This document shows positions 13,101 through 29,123 of a DNA stretch of 64,000 nt, piece after piece. Each line of letters begins with the position of its first letter. The first letter of the stretch is position 1. Both the position numbers and the translations under genes were made by a program. The stretch is from the NCBI GenBank assembly GCA_050613775.1, contig JBODTK010000105.1, forward strand, positions 248,001 to 312,000. The letters run 5' to 3'. Below the pieces are notes generated by a model, which had not been told where the DNA came from, made no database searches, and saw only the letters and a program-made list of their open reading frames with translations. Origin of the DNA: Neocallimastix sp. 'constans' (taxonomy: Eukaryota).

Positions 13101-15776
13101 AATAACAAACATGACACGTCAAATAACACTAACAACACGAAAAAGTACATGAAAAATGATATTGATAATAAGAACAATAGAAAAATTTTATTTGAGAATA
13201 ATAATAATTTTATTAAAGATTTAAATATTAATGAAGATAAACAAAAATATGAAAATACTATAATAGATACTTATAATAAAGATAAAATTATTGATAGTAA
13301 TAATTCTAATCAAGAATACATGAAGAATAATAGAAATGAAAATAACGATATAGATAAAATAAACAAAGCTGCAAATAAAAATATTCAATATTATAAAAAT
13401 AAAATAAGAAAATCAAATTATAATATTTATAAATTAATGAATGGATTAAATGATGTAATCCAAAATAATAATTATATTAAAAAATTAATTGAAAATAACA
13501 TACCTTTCAATGTACAAGAAGTAAACAAACAATATAATAATAATAAATATAATAATATTAAATTACTTCCCTATCAGGATAAACAAGGCAATAATGACAA
13601 AATATTTGATAAATTTCAAAATAGTCCTGATAAATATGAAAATTCAAATAATTCAAAAATTGATCCTGTTAATAAAATTTCTAATGAAGTAAACAAAAAA
13701 ATTTTAATTGAAAACAAAAATAATTCAATTGATAATCCTGTAAATCCTGAAAATCCTGAAATCCTGTGCAATAAAAACCTAGATTTAAATGAAAATAATT
13801 CAAAAAATAAAAATGAAATTAAGTTGTTAGTAAAGAATAAAAAAAGTGAGGATTTAAATTTCAAAGAGAAAGAAGAAGTAAAAAATAAAACTAAAATTAA
13901 GATTTTAAAAAATAAAAAATATAAAATTACAAACGAAAAAAAAAATTTTATTAATGAAAAATTTTCAATTATTGAAAAAAAATTAAATAAATTAAATAAT
14001 TTTAATAAATTTAATTTTACCAAAAATAAAGTTATCCATAATAAGGATGAAAAATTTCGTACGAAAAATTTTAATGAAGAATTTGATAATAATTTGATTA
14101 AAGCTAATACTAGCTGTAATAATAATATCAATAATGACCAAAAATTAATAATTAGAGTTAAAAGACCAGGTATGCCGCTTGAAAATAATAAGCATAAAGT
14201 TCAGAAAATGGAGGAAATATCCAACATTACAAATAATAATCCAAAAGACTATTATGAAGCTATTATTTGCGAAGAAAGTGAAGAATGGATTAAAGCTATA
14301 TCTACCGAGTTGCAAAATTTAAAGGAAAATAATACAATGACCATAATATCAGAGCTACCAGAAGGAATTAAACCACTTAGTCCTAGATGGGTATTTACGA
14401 AGAAATATGATGGGAATAACAATTTAGAAAAATACAAAGCAAGATTAGTAGTAAAAGGATATAATCAAATTGAAGGAGTCGATTATGAATTAACTTTTTC
14501 TCCAACACTACCAGTAGAAAGTTTGAGATTAACAATAGCATTAGCTTCTTTATTTAATTGGAACATTCAACAATTAGATGTGAAAGGCGCATATCTCAAT
14601 GCCAAATTACATAACGATATCTATATGAAACTACCAGAAGGACATGAAAATTATAATGAAGGTTATTGCAAATTAAATAAGGCACTTTATGGATTGAAAC
14701 AGGCTGGTCGAGAATGGAATCAAACTATTAGCAAATTTTTGATCAAAAAAGGACTATATCAACTAAGAAGTGAACAATGCTTATTTGTTAAGTGGGATAA
14801 TAAAAATAATGTAATATGTTTAGTAGCTTTATATGTCGATGACATGTTAATAACAGGTATTAAAGAAGAAATTTTTAATATTGTTAATATTATTAAGAGC
14901 AATTTCAAAATATCCAAGTGTGAAGAAATAAATCATATTTTAGGATTAAATGTTAGGAAAAATAAATTCGGATATACAATTTCTCAAGAAAACTATATTG
15001 AAAATATTTTAAAGAAATTTAATATTAAAGAAAATCAAAAAGTTTCTACTCCATGTACTGGTGATGACGTTAAACTAATTAATAAAACACCTTTTGATAA
15101 GACTATTTATCAGAGCGCAGTTGGTTGTTTAATACATGTATCTAAATCGACAAGACCTGATATATCATTCTCTGTTAGTAAGGCATCAAGAAAAAACTCA
15201 AATCCAACAGTATCAGATTGGAACAAAGTAGTTAACATCCTTAAATATTTAAATCAAACTAAGAATTATTGCATTTCATACAAAAACAAAGGAGAATTAA
15301 TTGGTTACACTGATTCTGATTTTGCTAGAGATTTATCAAATAGTAAATCCACTTCAGGAAATATTTTTTTCTTAGCCTCAGGACCAATCGCTTGGATGTC
15401 CAGACAACAACAATCAGTAACAAGATCTACTGCAGAAGCAGAATATATTGCCCTTTCCGAAGCTGTAGCAAATGGTTTATGGATTAAAAATATGCTAAAT
15501 GAAATGTTTAAAAAGAAATTTGTAATAAATTTAAATGGAGACAACAGAGCATCTTTATTTGCTGCTGAAAATTATGCTATTAGTAAAAAACTTAGACATG
15601 TAAGAGTTAGCTATCACTACTTTAAAGAAAATATTGAAAGAAAAGAAGTAATTTTACATTACATTAAATCTGAAGAAAATTTAGCAGATATTTTAACAAA
15701 AGATGTTAATAAAAATCAAATAACTAATTTTGCAAACAAAGTCTTTGATAATACTTTGTTTAGGGAGGAATGTTAG
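10149..15776 (+). CDS. gag-pol: Copia A Gag-Pol polyprotein, one frame interrupted by a single TAA (11634-11636)
   Basis: CCHC knuckle CFICNNENHLAFKC, protease IDSGAS, integrase WHLRLCH/ELIHSDV/SDNGKEY/NGRAER, RT KARLVVKG/QLDVKGAYL/LYVDDML, RNase H YTDSDFA/ADILTK, in Copia order PR-IN-RT-RH. The two track ORFs share one frame. Confidence 0.93.
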
Positions 15777-17126
15777 AAAATTAGTATTTTTAGTTTAAAT
15801 TTTTAATTAACACTTTGTTCAATACTTTTATTTTATTATAATTTTAAATATTAAATATTAAATAGTATATTATAAATAAATAGGATATATTACAATAATA
15901 TATAGTTTATATAGTTTATTATACAAATAATATATTTTTAAAATTTTTTATAAGCCTCTTTTATATTATTTCTAATAAGTCATGTATTTAATATAATAAA
16001 TATGTACGTTCCATTGAATGTAATTTTTATGAATATAAAAAATATTAAATCATGTATTATTATTAAAAAATAGGTTCTTTAATAAAAATAAAAACTTTTA
16101 GTAAAAAGTAAATATTTATTTACGATTTTTTGTCACATTTCGCCAATTTTTTTGAAAGCATGTGGCGTATTAAAAAAATGTGGCATTTCGTCAAATTGCA
16201 TTTCGCCAAGTTGCATTTCGCCAAATTGAGAATTATTAAATAAATAAATAAATCAATAAATAAAATTAAATATTATTAATATCGCATAAAAACAATTTTA
16301 AAAAAAATATATTTTGAATTAATATTTATTTATTTATTCATTTTATTTATATCAATACTCTACTTGTCGAAATGCAACCTGGCGAATAGCAACTTGGGGA
16401 AATGCAACATTTTAATACTACGCCACTTGGCGAAATGCAACTCTCCCCAAAAAAAAATAAAAATAAGAAATAAGAAAACTTTTTTTTTTTTTAAACATTG
16501 AAAAATAAAATAAAAATAAATAAACATTTTATTTTTTAATGCTTAAAAAATAAAATAAAAATAAATTAACATTTTATTTTTTAATGCTTAAAAAATAAAA
16601 AAAAAAATAAGAAATAAGAAAACTTTTTTTTTTTTAAACATTGAAAAATAAAATAAAAATAAATAAACATTTTATTTTTTAATGCTTAAAAAATAAAAAA
16701 AAAATAAGAAATAAGAAAATTTTTTTTTTAAACATTAAAAATTAAAATAAAAATAATAAGAAAACTTTTTTTATTTAAACATTAAAAAATAAAATAAAAA
16801 TAAATAAAAATTTATTTTTTAAGCATTAAAAAATAAAAAAAATAAAATAAAAATAAATAAAAATTTATTTTTTAAGCATTAAAAAATAAAAAAATAAAAT
16901 AAAATAATAAATAAAAAAAAAAAAAAAATAAAAAAAAAATAAAAATAAATAAAATAGTAAATAAAGAAATAATTAATAATTAATAATTAAATAATTATTT
17001 AAATAATTATATAATTAATTAAAAAAAGGTTTATTATTTTAAATATTAAAAAAAAAAAAAAAAAAAATTTCAAAGCATTTAAAAGTATATTTATTAAAAT
17101 ATTTTATTGAAAAATTTTAATTATCA

Positions 17127-18646
17127 ATGGAAGACAATATAGAAATTGAAATAAGTGAAACAAATCGAGGAAATGAAACAAATTATTATTAATCAAAAAC
17201 ACAAATTTAATTTTTCATTTCAAAGGAAAGATAAATCAAAAATTTATAGATGCACTGAATATAAGACTTTAAATAAATGTAAATCTTTAATTATTTTAAA
17301 TGATAGAAAGGAGGTTTTAAAATATGAAAGTTTACATAACCATCTCGAAAAAGAAATTGATGTGCCTATATCAGTAGCAAAGCATAAAATTAAGGAAGAA
17401 ATTAAGAAAAATTCAATTCCTATGGATATAAAACCTAAACATATATTTAATACCGTTTCTCAAGAAATGGGACTTATTTGTCCCGAATATAGTACAATTA
17501 GATCCCAAATAATAAGAAATATAAATAAACAATATCCTTCAAACATAAAAAGTATTGATGATATTCCCATTGAATCAAAATATTATAAAACGAAAAGAAA
17601 TGAAAATTTTATGATATTTAAAAATACTGATCTAATAATCTTTCAATCACCATTCCAAGCATATTTATTTTCGAATTATCATAAAAATATATTTGCGGAC
17701 GGTACATTTTATGCAGCACCGAAATTTAGTTATCAGTTATTTATAACAAGAACTTATATTGGGGAATTTAATATGTTTTATACTACTTCCATTTCTATAT
17801 TAAAAAATAAAAAACAATCTACATATGAAACATTATTTAAAGAAATAAAAAAAAATGCAAATAAATTTAGGAGTAATACATTAATTACTACGATTAATTT
17901 TCATTGTGATTTTGAACAAGGTATATCTAATGCCGCAAAAAAAGTTTTTCCCAATATAAATATTAAATATTGTGTTTGGCATTACAAAAGATCATTAGAA
18001 AAACAAAAAAATATATTATGTTATCATGAAGTGAAGAATAATAATGATGTATATATTTATTATAAAGCAATTTCGAACTTTCCGTTTATAAACCCTAACT
18101 ATATATTTGATATTTATATTATAATAAAAAGAATTTATCAAAAAAAAAGTATAATAATTTTCTACAATTTTTAGATATTTTAATAAAAATTATTTACTTA
18201 AGTATAATGTTAATAATTGGAATTATTATGAAAATATAGAGCATTTAACAAGCAATGCATCAGAATCTTATAATAGCTACTTAAATATATTTCCAAATAA
18301 ACCTTTATTTTATAAATTAATATATATATTAAAAGAAGAAGAAAACTTATCATATAATAGCTACTTAAATAATATATTTCCAAATAAACCTTTATTTTAT
18401 AAATTAATATATATATTAAAAGAAGAAGAAAACTTATCTTATAATGATTACCAAAGGAGAACTAAAGGAACTTGGAAAAAAAAGCAAAAAATATTTAGTG
18501 CAACTGATGAAATTAAAATTTTAATTGAAAATTACAAAAGTAAGGAAATAAATTTATTTTATAATGGATGCAACAGAAATGAATTAATTAAATTATGGAA
18601 AGAATGTTTAATTGATTTAAACAATATAAATATTAATCTAAAATAA
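17127..18646 (+). pseudogene. MULE (Mutator-family) transposase with N-terminal FLYWCH/WRKY-like zinc finger; frameshifted
   Basis: YRCTEYK..CKS..LHNH finger; FADGTFYAAP, DFEQGISNAAKKVFP, CVWHY and TSNASESYN motifs. Frameshifts near 17177 and ~18150, and an ~84-bp internal duplication at 18268-18445. Confidence 0.88.
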
Positions 18647-19420
18647 ATAATCTTAATTTAAAAAAATGCTAGAAAAATACAAATTTATTTATTTTAAATT
18701 TATATTTATAATCGTTTAATGATAATTAAATAATCTTAATTTAAAAAAATGCTAGAAAAATACAAATTTATTTACCTATTGTGTTTATTTAATAATCTTA
18801 ATAGAAATTATCTTTTAGTTATTTTTATTAAGTAATTTATAACTAAAACCGATTTATTTGATACTAGTTAAAATTTTATTAATATCAATATCAATATTAT
18901 ATAGTTATAAATTTTATTAATATCAATATCAATATTATATAATTAAAAATTTTATTAATATCAATATCAATATTATATAATTATAAATTTTATTAATATT
19001 AATATCAATATTATATTATTATAAATTTTATTAATATCAATATACTTTTCAAAATTAATTATGTTATTAAAAATATTAAATTCAATAAAAGATTTTTATT
19101 ATTTTATTAAAATTATAATTGTTATTATTAAAAATATTAAATTCAATAAAAGATTTTTATTATTTTATTAAAATTTTAATTGTTATTATTATATTTTAAT
19201 AATAATTGATTCATATTGATCAAACATTATAAAAATTACTATGCAAATAATTAATTATTTTAATAGGATCAATTATTCAACTCTTATTGTTTTAATTTTT
19301 AATTCTTATATCATTTAAATTAATATATATATATATATCGTTTATGAAAATATGAACTATAAATCATTAAAATTATTTACTTTTCATTTAAATTTTTTTA
19401 TTTACTATAATAAAATATAA

Positions 19421-20121
19421 TAATTAAAAGACAAACGTTATTATAACTAAATTTTTTTTTTTTAGAAAAATAAATGAAAAAAAGTTAAAATATATAAGAT
19501 TCCTATATATATAAAATAATTATTATATTTTATTTTATTTTATTTTATTTTATTTTATTCAATCTGTACTTTATATTCAAATTTCTACTATTTATTTTAT
19601 TTTATTTAATTTTATTCAATCTGTACTATATATTCATATTCTACTATTTATTTTATTTTATTTTATTTTATCTTATTTTATTTTATTTTATTTTATTTTA
19701 TTTAATTTTATTTTATTTAATTTCATTCAATCTGTACAATATATTCATATTATACTATTTATTTTATTTTATTTTATTTTATTTTATTTTATTTTATTCA
19801 ATCTGTACTTTCTTATTTAATATTCTACTTTTTATTTTATTTTATTATATTTTATTTTATTTTATTCAATCTGTACTTTCTTATTTAATATTCTACTTTT
19901 TATTTTATTTTATTAAATTTTATTTTATTTTATTCAATCTGTATTTTCTGTTGATAATATAAACAAGGTATTAATGTATTAATAATAATTAATAATATTT
20001 AAAATAAAATAAAAAAAATATAATAATTATTTTATATATGTAGTAATTATATATATATATATATATTTATTTATTTTTCTAAAAAAAATTTTTTTAGTCA
20101 TAATAAACGTTTGTCTTAATT
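19421..20121. mobile_element. Foldback/MITE-like segment with ~120-bp inverted arms and an internal tandem array
   Basis: aagacaaacgtt..tttagaaaaataaat..ataaaataattattatat (19421-19545) is inverted at ~20001-20121. Six ATTCAATCTGTA-containing units lie between the arms. Confidence 0.6.
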
Positions 20122-20429
20122 ATTTTTATTATTATTTAAAAATTTATTTATTCATTTATAATTTATTTGTTCATTTATTTATTTATTACATTATAATACG
20201 CCATGTTTTCCGAAATGCACTACAACAAAATACATATTTATGTAATAAAAATTTTCGAAATGCACACTCCCCACAACAAAATACAAATTTATGTAATAAA
20301 AATTTTCGAAATGCACACTCCCCCGTAAAATAATTTAGTTAAACATTTGTAATTACCTATTTATAAATTCTTATAAATAAATAAATAAATAAATAAATAA
20401 AGTAAATAATTAAATAATAAAACAAGTTT

Positions 20430-22919
<2,490 letters not shown>

Positions 22920-25900
22920 TATTATTGTTTAATATTTATTTATTAATAATTAGATATATAACGCAAGTGTTATATAAATGGTTAACAAAGATTTAAAGTA
23001 CAGATAAAATTACATGTTTTTATATTTAATTGTGGCTTGTTCTAGATACATACTAATTTATATTTTAATTTGTAATTACAATATATTTAATATAATTTAA
23101 TTTAATATTTTATTAAACTTAAGCTAGACTATAACTTTATATTAATAAAATTAACATACGTTAACACTCCTCCTCAAATTAGATTTTTTTAATACTAAAA
23201 ATCTTATTTGCAAATATACTCATTTTTGTGCCATTAATATCTTTAGTGAGAGCGTCAGCTAACATTTCTTTTGTATCTTTGTATTCTAATTTTACTTTCC
23301 TTTTTACTATGTTATCTCTATTAAAATGAAATCTAATATCTATGTGTTTTAACTTTGTATTGATTTCACCATTTTCAATAGTTATTTTACTTGCTAAATT
23401 ATCTGTGAAAATGGTAATTGTTTTATTATAATTTATTAAATCTTTTAAAATATTTCTGATCCATAGAATCTTTTTAATATTTTCGGATGTGCTAATGTAT
23501 TCTGCTTCTGCTGTAGACGTAGCTACACATGTTTGTTTTTTAGAAATCCAGCATATGGGACTGTTTCCCATAAGTATTATTCCACCAGACGTAGATTTCC
23601 TGTCATTTAGATCATCTCCAAAATCGGCATCAGTGTATGCTATTATTTCCCCTTGTCCATCATATACAATTTTATAATCTTTAGTACTATTTATATATCT
23701 GAAAATATTTGTTATTTTATTCCAGTCTGATATTGTGGGTTTTTCTGATTTTCTGGCAGCCTTGTTCACGGAGAATGCGATATCTGGCCTTGTGCATTTT
23801 GATAGATATATTAAGGAACCTATTGCACTCTTGTTGATTGTTTTATTGAAAGGTTTATTATTTTCAGAGATAGTGTTATCTCCTGTGCATGGTGTTTTTC
23901 TTTTACTCATTTCTTTTATATTAAATATGTCTAACATATTATTTATAAAACTATTTTGTGATATAATATATTTATTCTTTTGTTTTTCAATTTTTATGCC
24001 AAGTATGAATTCGGCTGGTCCACAATTTGATATTTTAAATTTTTCTTTAATTTTTGTAATTATATTTTGTATTTCTTTGTCTTCACCAGTTATGATCATA
24101 TCGTCTACATATAAACCTATGATGCATTTGGTTTTATTATTCTTTGAATATTTAAATATACACTTTTCAGATTTTATTTGTTTAAATCCATTTTTATTTA
24201 AAAATTTTGTAATCGTTTGGTTCCATTGCCTACCGGATTGTTTTAATCCGTATAGTGCTTTATTGAGTTTCCAGAATCCCCGCCCAATGTTAGTATCACC
24301 TAGTGGAATAGTAGTGTAAATATCAGTATCTAATGGAGCGTTGAGATACGCAGCTTAAATATCTAATTGGTAGATATCCCAATTAAACTTAGCTGTTAAA
24401 GCGATAATAAGCTTTAATCCATCAATGTTTAAGGTAGGAGAATAAGTAAGTTCATAATTAATACCTCTACGTTGTTTAAAACCTCTAGCAACTAGGCGAG
24501 CTTTAAATCTAACAATATTATTATTAGAATCTTTTTTGGTAGCAAAAACCCATTTTGTCGAAATAAGATTTTTGTTTTTAGGAATGTAATTAACGATGGA
24601 CATAACATTATTATTGTATAAATTATTAAGTTCATCTTGTATAGCTTTATACCAGTAATTTTTATTAGGACAATTAATAGCTTCATTAAAACTATTAGGT
24701 GTATCAGAGTAAATTGTAAAAACCATTTTTTCATTATTGGAAACATCATATTTAGGCCGAGAGATATCATTAGTAATATTAGAGAAAGTTTCAGGACTTA
24801 AAGGACGTTTGAGTACGGACTGATTGTTAATCCCTGTCATATTATCAGTCATATTTACATCTTGGTCAGAAATAATGGAAATAATATTATTATTAATGCA
24901 ATTAGTATCAGAACCTAAATCATGGTTAATAGAATAAGAATCCTGGGGAGTTTTATCGCCAATAGGGATAACATCATTTTCATCTAAATTTGAACAATTA
25001 GAATTGTTAATTGATAGATTATCATCAACAACATTATCTAGTAAATTTTCATTAGTAGCAATAATATTATTATTATAATTGTCATCTTTAATATTTTTGG
25101 TGACAGAATCTTCATTATATAATGATTTATTAAGGGAAAGTTTAAATGTTTTATCAAAAGTATCATTTGTTACAGATGTATTGATTTTATTATTATCATT
25201 AATTATATTTTTATTATTGACATTTTGAAAAAAAATTTTATTAATAAATTTTTGATTAATTTTTGAAAAATTTTTAAGTTTCATAGATTTATTACTGTTA
25301 TCATTAATTTTATGTAACTTATTATCTTTATCAATAAATGTTGTAGATTCACGTGATGTATTAAAAGATTTTAATTTAGTGGAATTATTATTCATAATAT
25401 TATTATTCTTCGTCATTATTGGGTCTGAATTTAAATTATGAGATTTAATTATTTTACCATAATCCAATGGTTGTAAATTAAATTTTTCTTCATTTTTTGA
25501 ATAATTTTTATTATTAAATTTTTTTTTCATTTTTAAATTTAGAAATATCAATATTTTCTTTAAGCGTTTTTACAGGAATACTGGAAGGGGAAATTTCGGT
25601 TGGCTTGGAATCAATTATATTTGAGTTAACAGTATTAATCAGAGTCGGTAAAATGATATCATTTTTACAGGAATTTTTACTATATTCCTTATGCCCAATT
25701 ATGTTTATTTTTATAAGAATAACTGCATTCACCTTTTTCAATGTAAGAATTATTTACCACGTTTTTTAATGAATGATTCAAATTATTTTTATTGTTTACA
25801 TGGATATTGGTAAATATAAAATCATTATTATTATTTAAAGAATTGTTATTGACATTTTGAAGTATATTTTGGTTTTCTAGTACTGTGTTAGTATTTTGTT

Positions 25901-28900
25901 TATTATAATTTTTATTTATACGAACTATATTGTTACTATGTTTTACATTAGTTGAAATTTCATTATTTACCTCAGAAATTACATTTGAATTAACATTATT
26001 TTTGCGTATAAATTATTTTGTTCTAAAGTAATATTGTGTTTATTGTTATGTGTGTTATTTGTTTTATTAAAATCCAATAGTTTATTTGTTTTTGTGTCCT
26101 TTTTTAAGGTTATGGTTTTAATTTTGTTATTTTTATTGTTTAAATTAATTATATCGTCGTTGTTAATATTATAAACCATATTTTCTTTACCTTTATCTAT
26201 ATTTTTATTATTATTCATATTATCTAAAGTATTAATAATTATTTTCGTGTTATTATCATGTAAATTATTTTCCGCTTCTATTTTATTATCCTCGTTATCC
26301 ATGTTCATATTATTTAAATTATCGTTTACAATAATGTTATTTAAATCAATATTATTATTGTTTTCATTTAAATTATTATTTTCATTGTTTAGAACATTAT
26401 TTATGTTTTCTATATTATTAATTATATTTTCATTTATAATATGATTATTTTCATTATTATTATTATTTACTATATTATTATCAATTTTTGTAAAAGAGAA
26501 ATATGGTCCACAAATCCTTCTTTCTCATATATATAGTTTGCTGGACATTCCTCTAAACATTCTACTTCTCTGACATGGTGTATTCTTTTTATTCTTTTGT
26601 TTTTTATGTCCATAATCCTATATGAGTAATTTTTCTTGCTGAAACCAAGAAATATTCCTTCCTTTGCTTTTGGAGTGAAATTGGATTTGTTTTCCATATT
26701 ATCAATATAATAACATTTACATCCAAAAGTTCTTAAAGTGTTTTAAAGAAATACTTTTTATTGATATGACTTCATCAGGTATTAAATTATTATTTCCTTC
26801 ATGAGGAATCATATTATACAAATAAGCCGCATGTCTTACTGCATATTCCCAGAAATTTTCAGATAATTTTGCCCAAAATAATAAAGTTTTAGCTGTGTTT
26901 TTTATTGTTTGATTTATCCTTTCGGCTTTTCCATTATTTTCTGGACAATATGGTGGAGAGAATGATTTTTCAATTCCATTATCTTTACAGTGTCTTCTTA
27001 TTTTCTTATTTTTATATTCTTTACCACCATCTGTTTTAAATATTTTAACTTTATAATTATCAAATTGATTGATAAGGTATTTTAGAAAATCGATTATAAT
27101 GTCTGGCGCTTCAGCTTTAGATTTTAAAGTGAAGAGCCAAACTTTCCACGAATATTCGTCCAAGAAAGTTATAAAATATTTTTTGTCATTAATAGAACTG
27201 TTATATGGCCCCGAAATGTCAGAGTGTATAACTTCAAGTATCTTGTTTGATTTAGGATTGTTCCCATTATGTGGGGAATGCTTCATTTTTACTACTTTAC
27301 ATTCTTTACATTTTGGGATCTTGATCTCGTGTAGTTCTAAATGTTTAGAAATATTTCTTATATATTGATAGCCCATTCTTCTGTGCCATATTTCTAGACT
27401 GTTTTGTCCTAAATCATCTAATGATAAAATATTTTGATTATTTATTATACTTTTTGTGTTTATTTTAAATTGATTAAAATCAGTTGATAGAAACGTTCCG
27501 ATAACATTTTTATCACAGTCAGATATAGTCAATTTTACTTTTTTTTGACTTAATGGCTCAATAACGAATGTTATACCTATTTTTGCGAATTCGATGGCAC
27601 TTATCAAGTTTTTATGTGCCTTTTTTGAATATAATACTTTGTTTAATTTTATATGGTAGTTGTTTATGGTAAATTCACAACTACCATATCCTTCAAAGTC
27701 TAAAGTAGTATTGTTTGCACATCTTAGTTGTACAAAATCTTCTTTATAATCTTTCAAAAGGTTTTTATCATTAGTTACATGTTCGTAAGCTCCACTATCA
27801 TAATACCATTCAACTGTTTCGTTACTTTCTATATTTCTTTCAATTATGTTTACAGATTTTTCATCATTATCTATATTATATGGTTCATTTATTGATTCAA
27901 TTAGCAAAGCATCATTAATATGTGGTTCACATAATGGTCTGATGTCTTCAAAATTATCATCTCTTTCGCTGTCACTTTCTTCATATTTAGAAGTTTTTTT
28001 TTCCACTAAACCAAATGATTTTAATTCTTTTTCTTCATTTTTATGGTTTTTCTGGTAGAGTGATTGTTGCCTCCCTTCCTTTTTGTTTTCTCTTGCTTTC
28101 ATATTGTATTTACAATCTTTTGTGAGATGTCCTCTTATCTCACAAATATGACAATATAAATTTTTGTTAGTTTTGTTATTGTTTCTGTTTATTTTCTTAA
28201 CAAAACCTTTTCCTTTATGATAGTTTTTATTTTTATAACGTTTTTCAATTAGATCTATATCCATTGGATCATCATGATCATCATGTTCATCCATTGTATT
28301 TTCCCAATTTTCTAGATATGATCTAGCTGAAATTCTATCTTTTATACTTTCATATAATTGTCTGGCGGTAGTTTCTAAAGTTACATCTATAATGTTTTTA
28401 AAATCATTTGGTAAAATATTGAACATGTACTTTAATTTTTCCCTTTCAGTCAAATTTACTCCGGCATCTTCCATTTCACCGAATATTTCATTTACGCTAT
28501 CAGCCATCTTCATTATTTGGCTGCGGTCATTTGCCTTAAGTTTTCGCTATTTCTTGAGCCAGTATTCAGTGTCATTATTCTTATCACCGTATTTTGAAGT
28601 TAGTTTTTCCATAAATGTGAATGTTTTCTTCATTCTACTAACTTCCCTTAATATTTTTTCTTCAACGTTTTGAATCACCATAAGCATTAACTGAGAGTCT
28701 TTCTCTTCTGCTTTAGCAATGATTCTATTTCTATTTTGAGTAAACACTTCATTGTAGTTTACATTTTCTCCATGATTTAATTGTAATTCCTCAATAATCT
28801 TCAGGATAGCTTTTACCGTCTTAGATTAAGTGTTATATAAATGGTTAACAAAGATTTAAAGTACAGATAAAATTACATGTTTTTATATTTAATTGTGGCT

Positions 28901-29027
28901 TGTTCTAGATACATACTAATTTATATTTTAATTTGTAATTACAATATATTTAAAAAATTTAATTTAATATTTTATTAAACTTAAGCTAGACTATAACTTT
29001 ATATTAATAAAATTAACATACGTTAAC

Positions 29028-29028
<1 letters not shown>
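22920..29028 (-). mobile_element. Ty1/Copia retrotransposon B', decayed, with a leader deletion
   Basis: 3' LTR 22920-23166 (247 bp), PPT GAGGAGGAG, partial 5' LTR 28828-29028, TSD ATAAT. Comparison with copy B shows ~293 bp (U5 end, PBS, gag start) deleted at 28827/28828. Confidence 0.93.
23179..28827 (-). pseudogene. gag-pol: Copia B' gag-pol, fragmented by frameshifts and stops
   Basis: CHICEIRGHLTKDC, WYYDSGAYEH, EVIHSDI, KARLVARGF, LYVDDMI, YTDADF and ADALTK are spread over several ORFs. Confidence 0.9.

Positions 29029-29123
<95 letters not shown>

Larger units (their letters stand above)
9595..16135 (+). mobile_element. Ty1/Copia retrotransposon A, full length and recent
   Basis: 365-bp LTRs 9595-9959 and 15771-16135 (TG..CA; one mismatch noticed). 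TSD CATTT at 9590-9594 and 16136-16140. PBS 9960-9973. PPT AGGGAGGAA 15762-15770. Confidence 0.97.
9550..16448. mobile_element. ~350-bp Mutator-type MITE split by Copia A (arms 9550-9594 and 16141-16448)
   Basis: Long imperfect TIRs built from TTGCATTTCGCCAA units, ending GGGTGTGGGGCATTTCGCC and GGCGAAATGCAACTCTCCCC. A9 runs on both sides (9541-9549, 16449-16457) are compatible with a 9-bp TSD. Confidence 0.65.
9141..20325 (+). mobile_element. Putative Mutator-like (MULE) DNA transposon region bounded by ~52-bp inverted repeats, with nested inserts
   Basis: CGGGGAGTGTGCATTTCGAAAATTTTTA.TACA.AAATTTGTATTTT.TTGT at 9141 has its inverse at ~20273-20325 (also duplicated at ~20221-20273). The region encloses a MULE transposase. 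No TSD was found, so the two ends may not belong to one insertion. Confidence 0.5.

Noticed and set aside
13616..14131. Hydrophobic antisense ORFs within Copia and Gypsy pol (also 12920, 23735, 27069, 31867, 43840 and others)
   Set aside because: Expected reverse-frame shadows of Asn/Lys-rich or conserved coding sequence; no env-like or independent gene evidence.
19540..19945. Regularly spaced ATTCAATCTGTA repeats resembling a CRISPR array
   Set aside because: The spacers are (TATTT)n and similar to each other, the context is eukaryotic and there are no cas genes.
28824..28830. GATTAAG next to the B' 5' LTR as a possible PBS
   Set aside because: Wrong strand, and created by the deletion junction between gag and LTR sequence.
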